Shown here in pieces: positions 17,378 to 26,249 of a DNA stretch of 64,000 bases. The notes under the pieces are model-generated. The model was given only the letters and a program-made list of their open reading frames with translations, did not search any database and was not told where the DNA came from. The translations under genes and the position numbers were made by a program. Within the stretch, counting starts at the first letter, position 1; each line of letters begins with the position of its first letter. Origin of the DNA: Candidatus Poribacteria bacterium (lineage in GTDB: Bacteria; Poribacteria; WGA-4E; WGA-3G); assembly GCA_965215265.1 (NCBI GenBank), contig OZ244048.1:4549989-4613988 (forward strand). The letters are read 5' to 3'.

Positions 17378-18679
17378 TTGCACAAGCATAATCGCCAAAC
17401 GTTTATTGAGAAGATGGGGCCCCGCGGCGTTGCTATCTTCGCGAGTACAGCCCCAGCTATGCAAAATCACGATACCGAATATGTGTATCGTCCGGACCCG
17501 AATTTTTATTACCTCACAGGTTTTGAAGAACCTGAGGCGATTTGCGTCATCGCTCCTGAACATCCGAATCATCAATATATCCTGTTTGTTCGTCCTAAAG
17601 ACAAGCAGGCCGAAATCTGGACCGGAAAACGGGTCGGTGTCGTAAACGCTCGTACGCAATATGGTGCAGATAAAGTATATCCGATAGAGGACTTTGGTGA
17701 GGCAATTGAGAGATACTTACGAAATGCGGAAAGGCTTTACTATACACTCGGTTCCAATGAAGAGGTTGACACGAAAATCTTCGAGTTATTCAGGCAATCC
17801 GTTAGGCGAAAAATCCGCACTGGAAAAGGTATCTCTACGTTAGTCGACCCGTACCCAATTCTCAGTGAACTGCGCTTAGTAAAAAATAATGAGGAAATCC
17901 AGCGCATCCGCAAGGCAACAGAGGTTACAGCAGCAGGACACTTGGCAGCAATGCAGGCAGTACACCCGGGCATATATGAATACGAGTTAGAGGCAATAGT
18001 TGATGCTACATTCCGAAAGAAAGGAGCTAACGGCACAGCCTTTCCAACCATTGTCGCCAGCGGCGCGAACGCAACAACGCTCCACTACACAACCAATGCC
18101 TGCCAGATCGAGGACGGCAGCCTTGTTCTCATAGACGCAGGTGCAGAATACAACCGGTACTGTGGAGATGTTACTCGCACTTTTCCTGCCAGCGGCACCT
18201 TCACTGATGCCCAACGGCACATCTACCAACTTGTGCTTGATGCCCAATACGCAATTATTGACACTATAAGCCCCGGGGTCTCAATTGACGAACCGCACCA
18301 AAAATCTATTGACTTTTTGACAGAGGGGATGCTCAGCCTCGGGCTCTTAACCGGGGAAAAACAAAAATTAGTGAAGACAGGGGCATACGAAGAGTTTTAT
18401 ATGTACCGGGTTGGGCATATGCTCGGTCTGGATGTGCATGATGTTAACTGTGTACACGAACCCAACGGTGAGTTTAAAACCTTCCAACCGGGAATGATTA
18501 TGACAATAGAACCAGGCCTTTACGTCGCCGCCGATACAAAAGGAGTGCCTCCTGAATATCTCGGAATCGGCGTGCGAATTGAAGACGATATCCTCGTTAC
18601 CGAATCCGGTTGTGAAGTGCTAACTGACACTGTCCCAAAAGAAATCGAGGCTGTTGAGCAGTTTGTACAAGATCGCTAG
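17378..18679 (+). CDS. pepP: Xaa-Pro aminopeptidase (M24B)
   Basis: 433 aa. The AMP_N-like N-terminus is YRPDPNFYYLTGFEEPEA. M24 metal ligand blocks are LIDAGAEYNRYCGDVTRTF, GHMLGLDVHD, MTIEPGLY and VRIEDDILV. Confidence 0.9.
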   Translation: MHKHNRQTFIEKMGPRGVAIFASTAPAMQNHDTEYVYRPDPNFYYLTGFEEPEAICVIAPEHPNHQYILFVRPKDKQAEIWTGKRVGVVNARTQYGADKVYPIEDFGEAIERYLRNAERLYYTLGSNEEVDTKIFELFRQSVRRKIRTGKGISTLVDPYPILSELRLVKNNEEIQRIRKATEVTAAGHLAAMQAVHPGIYEYELEAIVDATFRKKGANGTAFPTIVASGANATTLHYTTNACQIEDGSLVLIDAGAEYNRYCGDVTRTFPASGTFTDAQRHIYQLVLDAQYAIIDTISPGVSIDEPHQKSIDFLTEGMLSLGLLTGEKQKLVKTGAYEEFYMYRVGHMLGLDVHDVNCVHEPNGEFKTFQPGMIMTIEPGLYVAADTKGVPPEYLGIGVRIEDDILVTESGCEVLTDTVPKEIEAVEQFVQDR

Positions 18680-18770
18680 TAAAACTTAGAAAGCGGTCTT
18701 CCGATCTCTTATTTTACAACATAGCCCAAGAAGTCAGCCGTAAGCTCATACTTCTTATAGGAGGGAACTG

Positions 18771-19310
18771 ATGAAAAAGAAATTGTCCGGTATGAACAAA
18801 TATCAGAAGAGATCGCATCGCCGACGGGAAGACCGGTTGCGCGGCAATGAAGTGGAATACTATCTCGCCCTTGCCTATTCCGAGAATCCTGACGAACGCG
18901 TCCGCGCCATGGAAAACCTCTGTCCCTGTCACGTGCGAAAACGGATTAACAAAGTCTGGGTAGCATTATACAAGGGTATGGTAGATCCGGACCTACGGGT
19001 CCGCCGAGCCGCGTGGCACACACTCGAGGATGGAGGGAATCCAAACGACCCACGGCTCCAGCCACTCCTTGAAAAAATCGTAAAGGAAGAAACCGACAAA
19101 AAACTCCGTAAACTCGCGCTCGACCTAATCGCATCCACTCGAAAATTGGAAGACCAAAAAGCTTCGCTCCTCGAGCAGAGAGCGCACTATTTTTTCGCGA
19201 AATGCGACTGGTGTGGTGAGAAAAACATACCAGTCACTCATGATTACGAAACTGAACTTGACGTGAATGGAACGAAACGGTTCGCGCTAACTTGTGAAAA
19301 TTGTCTATAG
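18771..19310 (+). CDS. HEAT-repeat protein with a C-terminal zinc-ribbon-like motif (hypothetical)
   Basis: 179 aa with an AGGAGG RBS. HEAT-like blocks are DERVRAMENL and DPDLRVRRAAWHTLE. The C-terminus has CDWCGEKN...CENC. Confidence 0.6.
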   Translation: MKKKLSGMNKYQKRSHRRREDRLRGNEVEYYLALAYSENPDERVRAMENLCPCHVRKRINKVWVALYKGMVDPDLRVRRAAWHTLEDGGNPNDPRLQPLLEKIVKEETDKKLRKLALDLIASTRKLEDQKASLLEQRAHYFFAKCDWCGEKNIPVTHDYETELDVNGTKRFALTCENCL

Positions 19311-19557
19311 ACAACCTCAAATGCTGTCTGACTCTAGTGACACCGATGACAGATGACAGAGATAAAGAGGGTTGAAAGGCATATCGACTTGTGGGTAAGA
19401 GTAAGCCGCCTACGGTGGGCTAGGGGTGCTCATCCTAAGAACACCTTATCGCTTGAATCTCTAAAAAAATAGGATTTTTTCGTGACATTTTTTTTCAACT
19501 TATGTTATACTTTCGGCAAAAGGGCTCGAATGCAATATGCCAAGGGTTAGGAGGGAC

Positions 19558-19652
19558 GCCATCGCTCCAATATTTAACCAAAAACGTAATATTAATATAA
19601 GTGTTGAGCCTGTCTTAACATGATGCCATCGCTCCAATATTTAACCAAAAAC
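19558..19652. repeat. Two perfect 28 bp direct repeats, 67 bp apart, in the leader of the metalloprotease gene
   Basis: GCCATCGCTCCAATATTTAACCAAAAAC occurs at 19558-19585 and again at 19625-19652. Confidence 0.9.
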
Positions 19653-19766
19653 CCTCAGGAATATCAAATTAAGGTAAAACAGAGAGAAGTTGATGATTGA
19701 CTTGATAAGGTAATAAAAGAGGATAAAACTGTTCGATAATCAATCTACAGAGGAAGGATAATAAGC

Positions 19767-20873
19767 ATGAAAAAGTTTTTTGTTCTATTAATCTCGCTGA
19801 TGTTAACGATGTTTTGCATGGATTCCTATGCGTTCGTCGTAGAAACAATTTTCTTCAAGCCTACCGATGCAGACGTTGTTTCAGACGCTAAAATATCAGG
19901 CTTGGTGAAAGATGCGCAAGAGTTATATGCCAGCGAGATGGATTTGCAAGGTTTCGGGAGAAAGACTTTCAATGTTGAAAAAGACTTAAACGGGGATGTG
20001 AAAGTACATAGGGTCAACGGTAGGCATGAATCGCGACATTACTCTAATAATGCCTGGCAAAAAATTTTACCAGAGCTACCTAATAGGTTTAATCCTACTA
20101 CTGCTCCCTGGGACAAGCAGGACAATATACGTCTAATCATAGTAGGCGGTGTAGTCGTTTTTGACGGCAGGGCTTGGGGCTATGGGTGGCCGCGCCATAG
20201 CACCAGATATGGCGGCAGCCTGCTAGTAGCGGCAAATAGTGGTCATCTGAATGTGAGCGTTATAGCCCACGAGATAGGACACTGTTTCGGTTTATATCAT
20301 AAGCCTGAAGGGAGCGATCCAGACCCCCCTTCTCTTGAACATTACGAGGCACGATGGCTGGATAAGCATTACCATTTCAATAATAGAGCCAATAACTTTA
20401 CTTTTCCAAAAATTGACACAGGCCGCCCAAAAATGACCGCGCTACAGGAAAATAAAGTGAAGTTTGAGTTAGGTGTCTCTAGCAATCATGGTCTGCATCA
20501 AGCGATGATATTCAGAAAGTCTGATATTAGGGTTATAGATTGGGATTATCTGAACGGTGAGAATAGGGACACAATCACACTTCATGCAGATCGGCACGAA
20601 TGGGCAAATGAAATGGTATTAGAGGTAATGGACGAACTTGGGAACTATACAATGAAAGACGTTTTCGTGTCTCTACCAGAATCCGAGAAGGTAGAGCGTG
20701 AAAATAAGAATCCTGATTTGAATTTCGACAAAGAAGTCGAAGAGAACCCCGATAAAGAAGTCGAAGAGAATCCCGACAAAGAAGTCGAAGAAAAAATCGT
20801 TGACAGTGAGCCCCGGACTACCAGTCCAAGAGGCAAAATAGCAACAACTTGGGCAAGTCTGAAAATGAGGTAA
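19767..20873 (+). CDS. Secreted zinc metalloprotease (metzincin-like, HEIGHCFGLYH)
   Basis: 368 aa. The signal peptide is MKKFFVLLISLMLTMFCMDSYA. The HExxHxxGxxH motif is present. The C-terminus has acidic NPDKEVEE repeats. The gene is visibly more A+T-rich than its neighbours. Confidence 0.75.
   Translation: MKKFFVLLISLMLTMFCMDSYAFVVETIFFKPTDADVVSDAKISGLVKDAQELYASEMDLQGFGRKTFNVEKDLNGDVKVHRVNGRHESRHYSNNAWQKILPELPNRFNPTTAPWDKQDNIRLIIVGGVVVFDGRAWGYGWPRHSTRYGGSLLVAANSGHLNVSVIAHEIGHCFGLYHKPEGSDPDPPSLEHYEARWLDKHYHFNNRANNFTFPKIDTGRPKMTALQENKVKFELGVSSNHGLHQAMIFRKSDIRVIDWDYLNGENRDTITLHADRHEWANEMVLEVMDELGNYTMKDVFVSLPESEKVERENKNPDLNFDKEVEENPDKEVEENPDKEVEEKIVDSEPRTTSPRGKIATTWASLKMR
20727..20798. repeat. 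24 bp coding tandem repeat, 3 copies
   Basis: GA(C/T)AAAGAAGTCGAAGAGAA(C/T)CCC occurs three times. The third copy is diverged at its end. The unit encodes DKEVEENP. Confidence 0.9.
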
Positions 20874-21515
20874 TTTTTCAAAACCGGACACTTATAAGAG
20901 GATTTACACAAGCATCTGATAGGCTTCTTATATAGTCACGCCGAGGCCCGCCGATTCATAGAAAATTGAATCGCCTATTTTGAGAACGTTGCCACCGCCC
21001 AAACGCTTGAGGAGATTCAATGGGACGACTACCCTCACGCGGGATAACATTGAGAAAAGGGAAGAGTTAGCTTAGACAATGGCAAAATATCTCTTCCAAC
21101 AAGGGGAGGTCCACGGGGAAGCACGTCAGGAAAACACCCTCAAAAAGGCTGTCACAGTGTCTCTGGCAAGATGGCACTTTTACCTTCGCTTGTCGCTGAT
21201 TCTTACCTAAATAACTCGTCCCCGAACACAGGCAACTGCCTGCACTGCACGCAACATGCACCACTAGCTGCCCATTGGTAGGGATTTAGGGCAAACCCGG
21301 AATCTCTACTCCTATGTCCTCAACAGAAGGTCCTGCTCGTAAGGGCGCTTTTCTTCCGCCTCACAAGGTGATATGTTCATAGGCAGATTACACCGACGAA
21401 GCAGATAGATGAAAACATGCAAGTTCAACACGAGATGCCCTATTAAATCTGAAAAAAACGTGTTTCTAAAAAAAATGAAGAACATGTCCAATTCACACAA
21501 CTAATATATTATCAG

Positions 21516-22103
21516 TTGAATAAACGTAAGGATGCAGACTTAACAATGATACCCGATGATGTTTACGTGCATAAAACAGTAGAGGGTGATGCTGAAGCCT
21601 TTAACGAACTGGTCAATCGTCATCATACAAAGATTTATGGACTCGCGTATCGGATACTCGGCAACACCGAAGATGCCGCCGATGCAACCCAGGAAACCTT
21701 TTTAGAGGCGTACAAATCGATTAAATCGTTTCAATTTCAATCGCAGTTCGGAACATGGCTCTATAGAATTGGGATTAACACTTGTCAACAGTATATCCGG
21801 AAGGCGCAATCCCGTGAACGGACGCTTACTGCTTACACAGATGAAGTTGAGATCCGCGGCATAGCCTCTGAAGAATACTCACCTGAGCGAATGATGCTTA
21901 AAAAAGAGCAAAATCAGATCGTTCAGGATGCCATTAATCGGTTACCACCCAAGCAAAGAGAGGTAGTTACGTTATTCTATATGCAACACCTCAAGTACCG
22001 AGAAATCGCGGAGGTTTTAAACTGTTCAGAAGGAACCGTTGCCTCGCGTTTGAATCAGGCTTTGAAAAATCTCAAGGTGAAATTGAGTAAATACTACCTC
22101 TGA
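21516..22103 (+). CDS. ECF-type RNA polymerase sigma factor (sigma-70 family, group 4)
   Basis: Region 2 is DAADATQETFLEAYKSIKSFQFQSQFGTWLYRIGIN. Region 4 is REVVTLFYMQHLKYREIAEVLNCSEGTVASRLNQA. The start codon is uncertain (TTG at 21516 or ATG at 21546). Confidence 0.9.
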   Translation: MNKRKDADLTMIPDDVYVHKTVEGDAEAFNELVNRHHTKIYGLAYRILGNTEDAADATQETFLEAYKSIKSFQFQSQFGTWLYRIGINTCQQYIRKAQSRERTLTAYTDEVEIRGIASEEYSPERMMLKKEQNQIVQDAINRLPPKQREVVTLFYMQHLKYREIAEVLNCSEGTVASRLNQALKNLKVKLSKYYL

Positions 22104-22172
22104 GGGATTTCAATATGAACGTGTAGGAGTGAATTCCAGAGCTCCAAACCTTAAGTATTTCAAATTAGAAAC

Positions 22173-22865
22173 ATGAAAATGAATTGTGAACAGACTCGTA
22201 CCAACTTAGTCTTACACCATCAAGATTCTACGTTGACAAATCGCTCTTTGCAACATTTGCGTATGTGTCCGGCGTGTCAGATGGATTATGAGGCGTTGTG
22301 GCATACAGCAACAGTACTGGAAAATGTGGAGGAACCGGTGCCGCCGCCAGAGCTCGTCGCTAAGATTCAAGCCAGCGTTCGAAGTCTTCATAAACGGCGG
22401 CATATTGCGTTCTTTGCTAATCCGTTAGCGTGGTGCCTAGACCGTTTGAAGCTGGAGTTGTCCCCTAAATTTGTCAACTCTATGGCGTTGCTTTTCTATC
22501 TGATTGCTTCCGGTTTTATAGTAAAATTGGCATTCTTTACGAGCCCACCAGCACGAGAGCTCGGCTTAACTGCAATGGAAGAAGCACGTCTGCGGAACGT
22601 GCGGGTCTCTCCGGCTTCTTGGGCACTGATTAAAGGCAAAACAGCAGATCCGGCAGATACAATCCCAGCGAAACCCTACCGCGACGACAATATTTCTCAT
22701 GCCGATAATATGTGGAATCTGCGTAGTACGAATACTGAAAAACTAACGTGGCACCAAGGCCACAGCCTGCAGTTCCTTCATATTGAAAATGTGCCCTCTC
22801 TTAGCACAATCGATGTCAGCCAAAAGTTGACGGTATTTTGGAACCACATTAAAACAGAGCTGTAA
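22173..22865 (+). CDS. Putative anti-sigma factor (zf-HC2) with a TM segment
   Basis: It lies directly downstream of the ECF sigma gene. It has an N-terminal HLRMCPACQMDYEAL zinc-finger-like motif and a central hydrophobic segment. Confidence 0.65.
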   Translation: MKMNCEQTRTNLVLHHQDSTLTNRSLQHLRMCPACQMDYEALWHTATVLENVEEPVPPPELVAKIQASVRSLHKRRHIAFFANPLAWCLDRLKLELSPKFVNSMALLFYLIASGFIVKLAFFTSPPARELGLTAMEEARLRNVRVSPASWALIKGKTADPADTIPAKPYRDDNISHADNMWNLRSTNTEKLTWHQGHSLQFLHIENVPSLSTIDVSQKLTVFWNHIKTEL

Positions 22866-23154
22866 TTTCGAATGTATCGTCAACTCCGAAAACATATTGA
22901 CATTTAATGAACAACAGCTCTACTTCGTTCACAAGGATTGTCCAGCGCGCCATGATGTCAGTGTATAAATAATTATAGATTTTACTATAAAATTTGTTAC
23001 AGTTCGCCGTTCAAAAGCCTGCCCTCTGCGTGCATCTCCTCTTATCCTGCAAATCGTAAAATCCTGTCCATCCTGATTCAACGAGAATTTCTGATTACAA
23101 GCTACCTAAAGCAGTTGGGTGCTTCGGAACGTTTGGCAACACAACATCTGATAC

Positions 23155-23680
23155 CTCATTTACCCCCGTTTTTTTTGAAGGTTTGTGGTGAAAGGTTTTT
23201 GTTTAGAAACATGTGAGAAAAGCAGTGGGTTAGAGATACCCGAACCGGGTAAATCCCACATCTCTGATAACCCGTTTTCAAAACATCTTCAAGTCTATTG
23301 CTCTAAAAAAGCCTGCGTTGCGTCACTTGCTCTTTGTGCTGATAGCGGTGAGTGTGTCGCAAACGTTTGGGGTCAATGCGCTCGCGTTGCGTTTGCCGCT
23401 TTCGGTAAAATGAGAGAAGTTGAAACAGAAAAGGTTGCTCCGCCCAGTGGGTGGCAGGTAAAAGGTAGCAAAGCGTGTCCTTCAGGACACGACTTTCTAC
23501 CTATCTCGCAACTTATCTCTCCTTGCAGGAGAGACAAAGAATACCTATCTCGCAACTTTCTACCTATCTCGCCACTGTCCTTCAGGACAGCCAAAGAATA
23601 CCTATCCTGCCACTTTTCTCACACACAAACCTAACAATATCACACACAGACGACTCTCAAAAAAAATGGGGGTAAATGAG
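23155..23680. repeat. 526 bp non-coding segment bounded by 24 bp inverted repeats (MITE-like)
   Basis: CTCATTTACCCCCGTTTTTTTTGA at 23155-23178 and TCAAAAAAAATGGGGGTAAATGAG at 23657-23680 are complementary at 23 of 24 positions. The segment lies between convergent genes. Confidence 0.7.
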
Positions 23681-23849
23681 AATTTGCGTGCTATAAAAAT
23701 AGCGTCTCAATCGGTTTATCGAGATTCGGAGTGCGTGTGCAAAAGCGTCCTAAAGTTGGTTGTATTTCAGAGCAATAGAGAGAGATTGTTGTGCGATTAA
23801 GAGATGGGCGATAAAACTAAAAAACCGCGTCTTTATTCCACTTTGTGCG

Positions 23850-25766
23850 TTAGTCTGGTAAGATGCGGTATCCTGTGCTAATCCCGGTAATCATTCCGAT
23901 AATGGCCCAGATGCCGGCGCAGGTCATCTCCCCGAGGACCAATCCGAGGAAAATTGGACGCGCTTGGCGGTATGCTTTTAGTCCGCCGTACTTTACAATG
24001 GTGAACTTTAAGCCCCATCCTAAAAAGATTGAGAACCACAACTTAAATGTTGCCCATGAGCTTAGCATCGTGTAGCCGAGGGGGTGGAGTGGCCACCAGA
24101 CAAAAGTCTGTCGCATCCACATTAGCCATACCGTGAAGCTGCCGCCGAACAAGATAAATCCTGTGTTTGTCCAATTTGTGGTGGTTTTTGGGCTTGTGAG
24201 AATGCCTTCTAATTGCCGCATGAACCAGCTGCCGCCGGTATACGGTGCGCCGTGTGCGTAACTAATTTTTATGGCTGAGTAATATGAGACGGCAAGTCCG
24301 ATAACCATTGCGACTGCCATGGCGATAAGAAGTTGTCGGCGTTTGATTCGTGCTTCATCTGCGGCTTTCAAGCCGTTCATGATGTTGGGCATCATGAATT
24401 CGCGCAGGTCTAGCGTGAGACAGACGGGATGCATTAATAAGGAGGTCGTCGTTGAAGGATGGATTCTGGCGGAACCGAGGGTTGTGAGGAAGAAACTTTG
24501 CGGTGAAAATGATGGATTGATGAACGGGATCCCGCCGTTAATCACTTGCCAGGTCAGTACGATGTACATGGCCAGGAGGAAGAGGACAAAACCGAGGGCG
24601 AACGGGATGGACATGCCCATCAGATGATTGAAGAAGACGAGGACACCAATACCGATGAGGAGTCCAAAGAGCGTTAAGCTGTGCGGCAATGCCTCATCGG
24701 ATGCCCGAACCTCCAGCATTTTTCTAATATGATGTCGTGCTTTCCACAATGCAATTGCGACAAATGCCAGGCATGCGCCAGCTTCCTGCGCCGCACTAAA
24801 GGATTTGCCTGTCCATTGGACACCGGGCCCCGAAGTGAGTTGGAAACCGAGTATTGCGCCGGTAAGGCATTGGAGTTTGTAAAAAACGAAGAAAAACCAG
24901 ATACTAAAAGAGACTTCCAAAGTTAGCAGGTAGCTAAACCCGACCATCGACCAGAAGATGACAATCTGAAATGGACGGAGTGCGTTCCAGGGTCTTTCGG
25001 TAAGGTAGGAGTTCAGCCAAAAGTCACGTGGTACGTGCGGCATAGAAGGGAAAAATGTGTGTAGTCCGTTCATCGTATGAAGGAAAACCGGAAAGGCGAA
25101 TCCGAACCAGAGTGCGCTGTTCTTAAAAAGCGGGCCGAGACGGCCTGTGCCTTGTGCTGCCATTTCGACTGGAAGTTTTACAAGCGGAAAAGCACAACGT
25201 TCGTATTCCACCCACTGCTTTCGGAGGAGTACCGAAAGACAGATCATCACGAAGTAGATAACGATGACATAGGCGCTCCAGGTAAGGATGGGCGTGATCC
25301 AAGCATTCCAAGGGAGGGATTCCCCAGCGAATAAGCCTTCATAGAAAGAGCGGATGGCACTTTCATCCCGCACGACACGCCAATGTGGGATGTAGTGATG
25401 AAATAGAGACATCCAATCATTTTCAGGGGTTGCGAAGTACTGGTAGGCTACCATGGGGCTGAGTGCGTAGCGCATCATGCCTGAAGACGGAATTCCTGCA
25501 GGTGCCAACATGATACACCAGACCGTGACGAGTTCACCGGGCGAAAATGCAGCGTTGGGACGTATCTGTTTTAAGATAACGTTGAGCCCTAGCACGAGTG
25601 CAATTAGCACAAAGAATGGAGCGACTGGAAAATGCCCTCCTGCGAGGAAGATGTTGCGGATGACGTAATCGTTATAAGGGGCGAGTAAACATTCCGTGGT
25701 GGCACACACCAGACCGGTAATCACGGCGCGCGCGGATAAGCTATTACGTGCTCGCTGTTCAATCAA
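23850..25766 (-). CDS. Large polytopic membrane protein of unknown function
   Basis: 638 aa, uninterrupted, with many hydrophobic helices throughout. I do not recognise any catalytic or transporter signature. Confidence 0.7.
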   Translation of the reverse strand: MIEQRARNSLSARAVITGLVCATTECLLAPYNDYVIRNIFLAGGHFPVAPFFVLIALVLGLNVILKQIRPNAAFSPGELVTVWCIMLAPAGIPSSGMMRYALSPMVAYQYFATPENDWMSLFHHYIPHWRVVRDESAIRSFYEGLFAGESLPWNAWITPILTWSAYVIVIYFVMICLSVLLRKQWVEYERCAFPLVKLPVEMAAQGTGRLGPLFKNSALWFGFAFPVFLHTMNGLHTFFPSMPHVPRDFWLNSYLTERPWNALRPFQIVIFWSMVGFSYLLTLEVSFSIWFFFVFYKLQCLTGAILGFQLTSGPGVQWTGKSFSAAQEAGACLAFVAIALWKARHHIRKMLEVRASDEALPHSLTLFGLLIGIGVLVFFNHLMGMSIPFALGFVLFLLAMYIVLTWQVINGGIPFINPSFSPQSFFLTTLGSARIHPSTTTSLLMHPVCLTLDLREFMMPNIMNGLKAADEARIKRRQLLIAMAVAMVIGLAVSYYSAIKISYAHGAPYTGGSWFMRQLEGILTSPKTTTNWTNTGFILFGGSFTVWLMWMRQTFVWWPLHPLGYTMLSSWATFKLWFSIFLGWGLKFTIVKYGGLKAYRQARPIFLGLVLGEMTCAGIWAIIGMITGISTGYRILPD

Positions 25767-26249
25767 TGTAGGTTTTCCTTCTTATATTGCTACGCTCGCT
25801 ACGTGATGCATTTGGTAATTCTCTATATTCGTCAATTTGTTTTGTTAACTCAGGTCTTAACGCGAATTCCTACAAATTTTATCACGAGGGTCGTTATTTC
25901 TCAATGATTTTTTTCGATGCAGTCTGCAGACATTATAAATGGGGGCATCGCGATGAGAAAATTGCTCCGCCAACATCACAGTCAAGATAGTGGATCTGAC
26001 ACGTGCTAGCAACCTAGACATCCGGTGCAGCAAAATCTTCAAGGTTTATGAATCGCCATATTATGAACGTAGATGCTATAAAGAGGGCACGCCGTGGGGC
26101 AGTAAGAACAGCGCGGTTGCAAACCGCGTCTACAGCTTCTAGGGGATCCTCGCCTCTACCGTGCCATGATAGGACGTGCCGATAGCACAGAAACCGTGAG
26201 GGGCGATGATCATCCGGACGATAAACCTAAAGTAGGGTAACAATGCTTT

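Noticed and set aside
21095-21135. An SRP (4.5S) RNA-like motif, AGGTCC-ACGG-GGAAGCA. It resembles the conserved helix 8 sequence AGGUCC-GGAA-GGAAGCA, with flanks ACAAGGGG / CGTCAGG loosely like E. coli ACCAGGUC / GCCAAGG.
   Set aside because: The tetraloop is ACGG rather than GNRA. I also could not extend a closing helix: the upstream GCAAAATATCTC and the downstream CACCCTCAAAAAGGC are not complementary. An Infernal scan with the bacterial small SRP model would settle it.
21165-21190. A TGGCAC sequence as a candidate sigma-54 (-24/-12) promoter, considered because rpoN is in the window.
   Set aside because: No GC dinucleotide or TTGC element occurs at the required spacing from the GG. Other TGGCAC occurrences (for example near 8950 and 22746) are inside coding sequence and also lack the -12 element.
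20970-21219. A possible decayed C-terminal fragment of an Rpn/DUF4351-type gene. It comprises IAYFENVATAQTLEEIQWDDYPHAG-stop in one frame and MAKYLFQQGEVHGEARQENTLKKAVTVSLARWHF in the next.
   Set aside because: The similarity rests only on short EG/RQE-rich strings recalled from memory. The fragments are about 25 and 43 codons long and need a frameshift to join. That is too weak to call a pseudogene without a profile search.
21067-21500. Two minus-strand ORFs (65 and 62 aa) in the gap upstream of the ECF sigma gene.
   Set aside because: They have no RBS, show no recognisable motifs and have odd composition. I treat the region as non-coding.
23475-23613. A CRISPR-like array, because of reiterated short repeats.
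   Set aside because: The repeat spacing is irregular (44, 19 and 38 nt). The repeats are only 15 nt and degenerate. There are no spacer-sized unique intervals and no cas genes in the window.
23185-23634. A 149 aa ORF (GTG start) filling most of the inverted-repeat-bounded segment.
   Set aside because: The product is Cys-rich and low-complexity. It has no RBS and no recognisable domain. Its 3' half is translated straight through the hairpin and motif array. It is most likely non-coding.
23155-23680. An invertible promoter switch (inverton) interpretation of the 24 bp inverted repeats.
   Set aside because: The segment lies between the 3' ends of two convergent genes, so flipping would not reposition a promoter toward any start codon. 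No site-specific recombinase gene is nearby.
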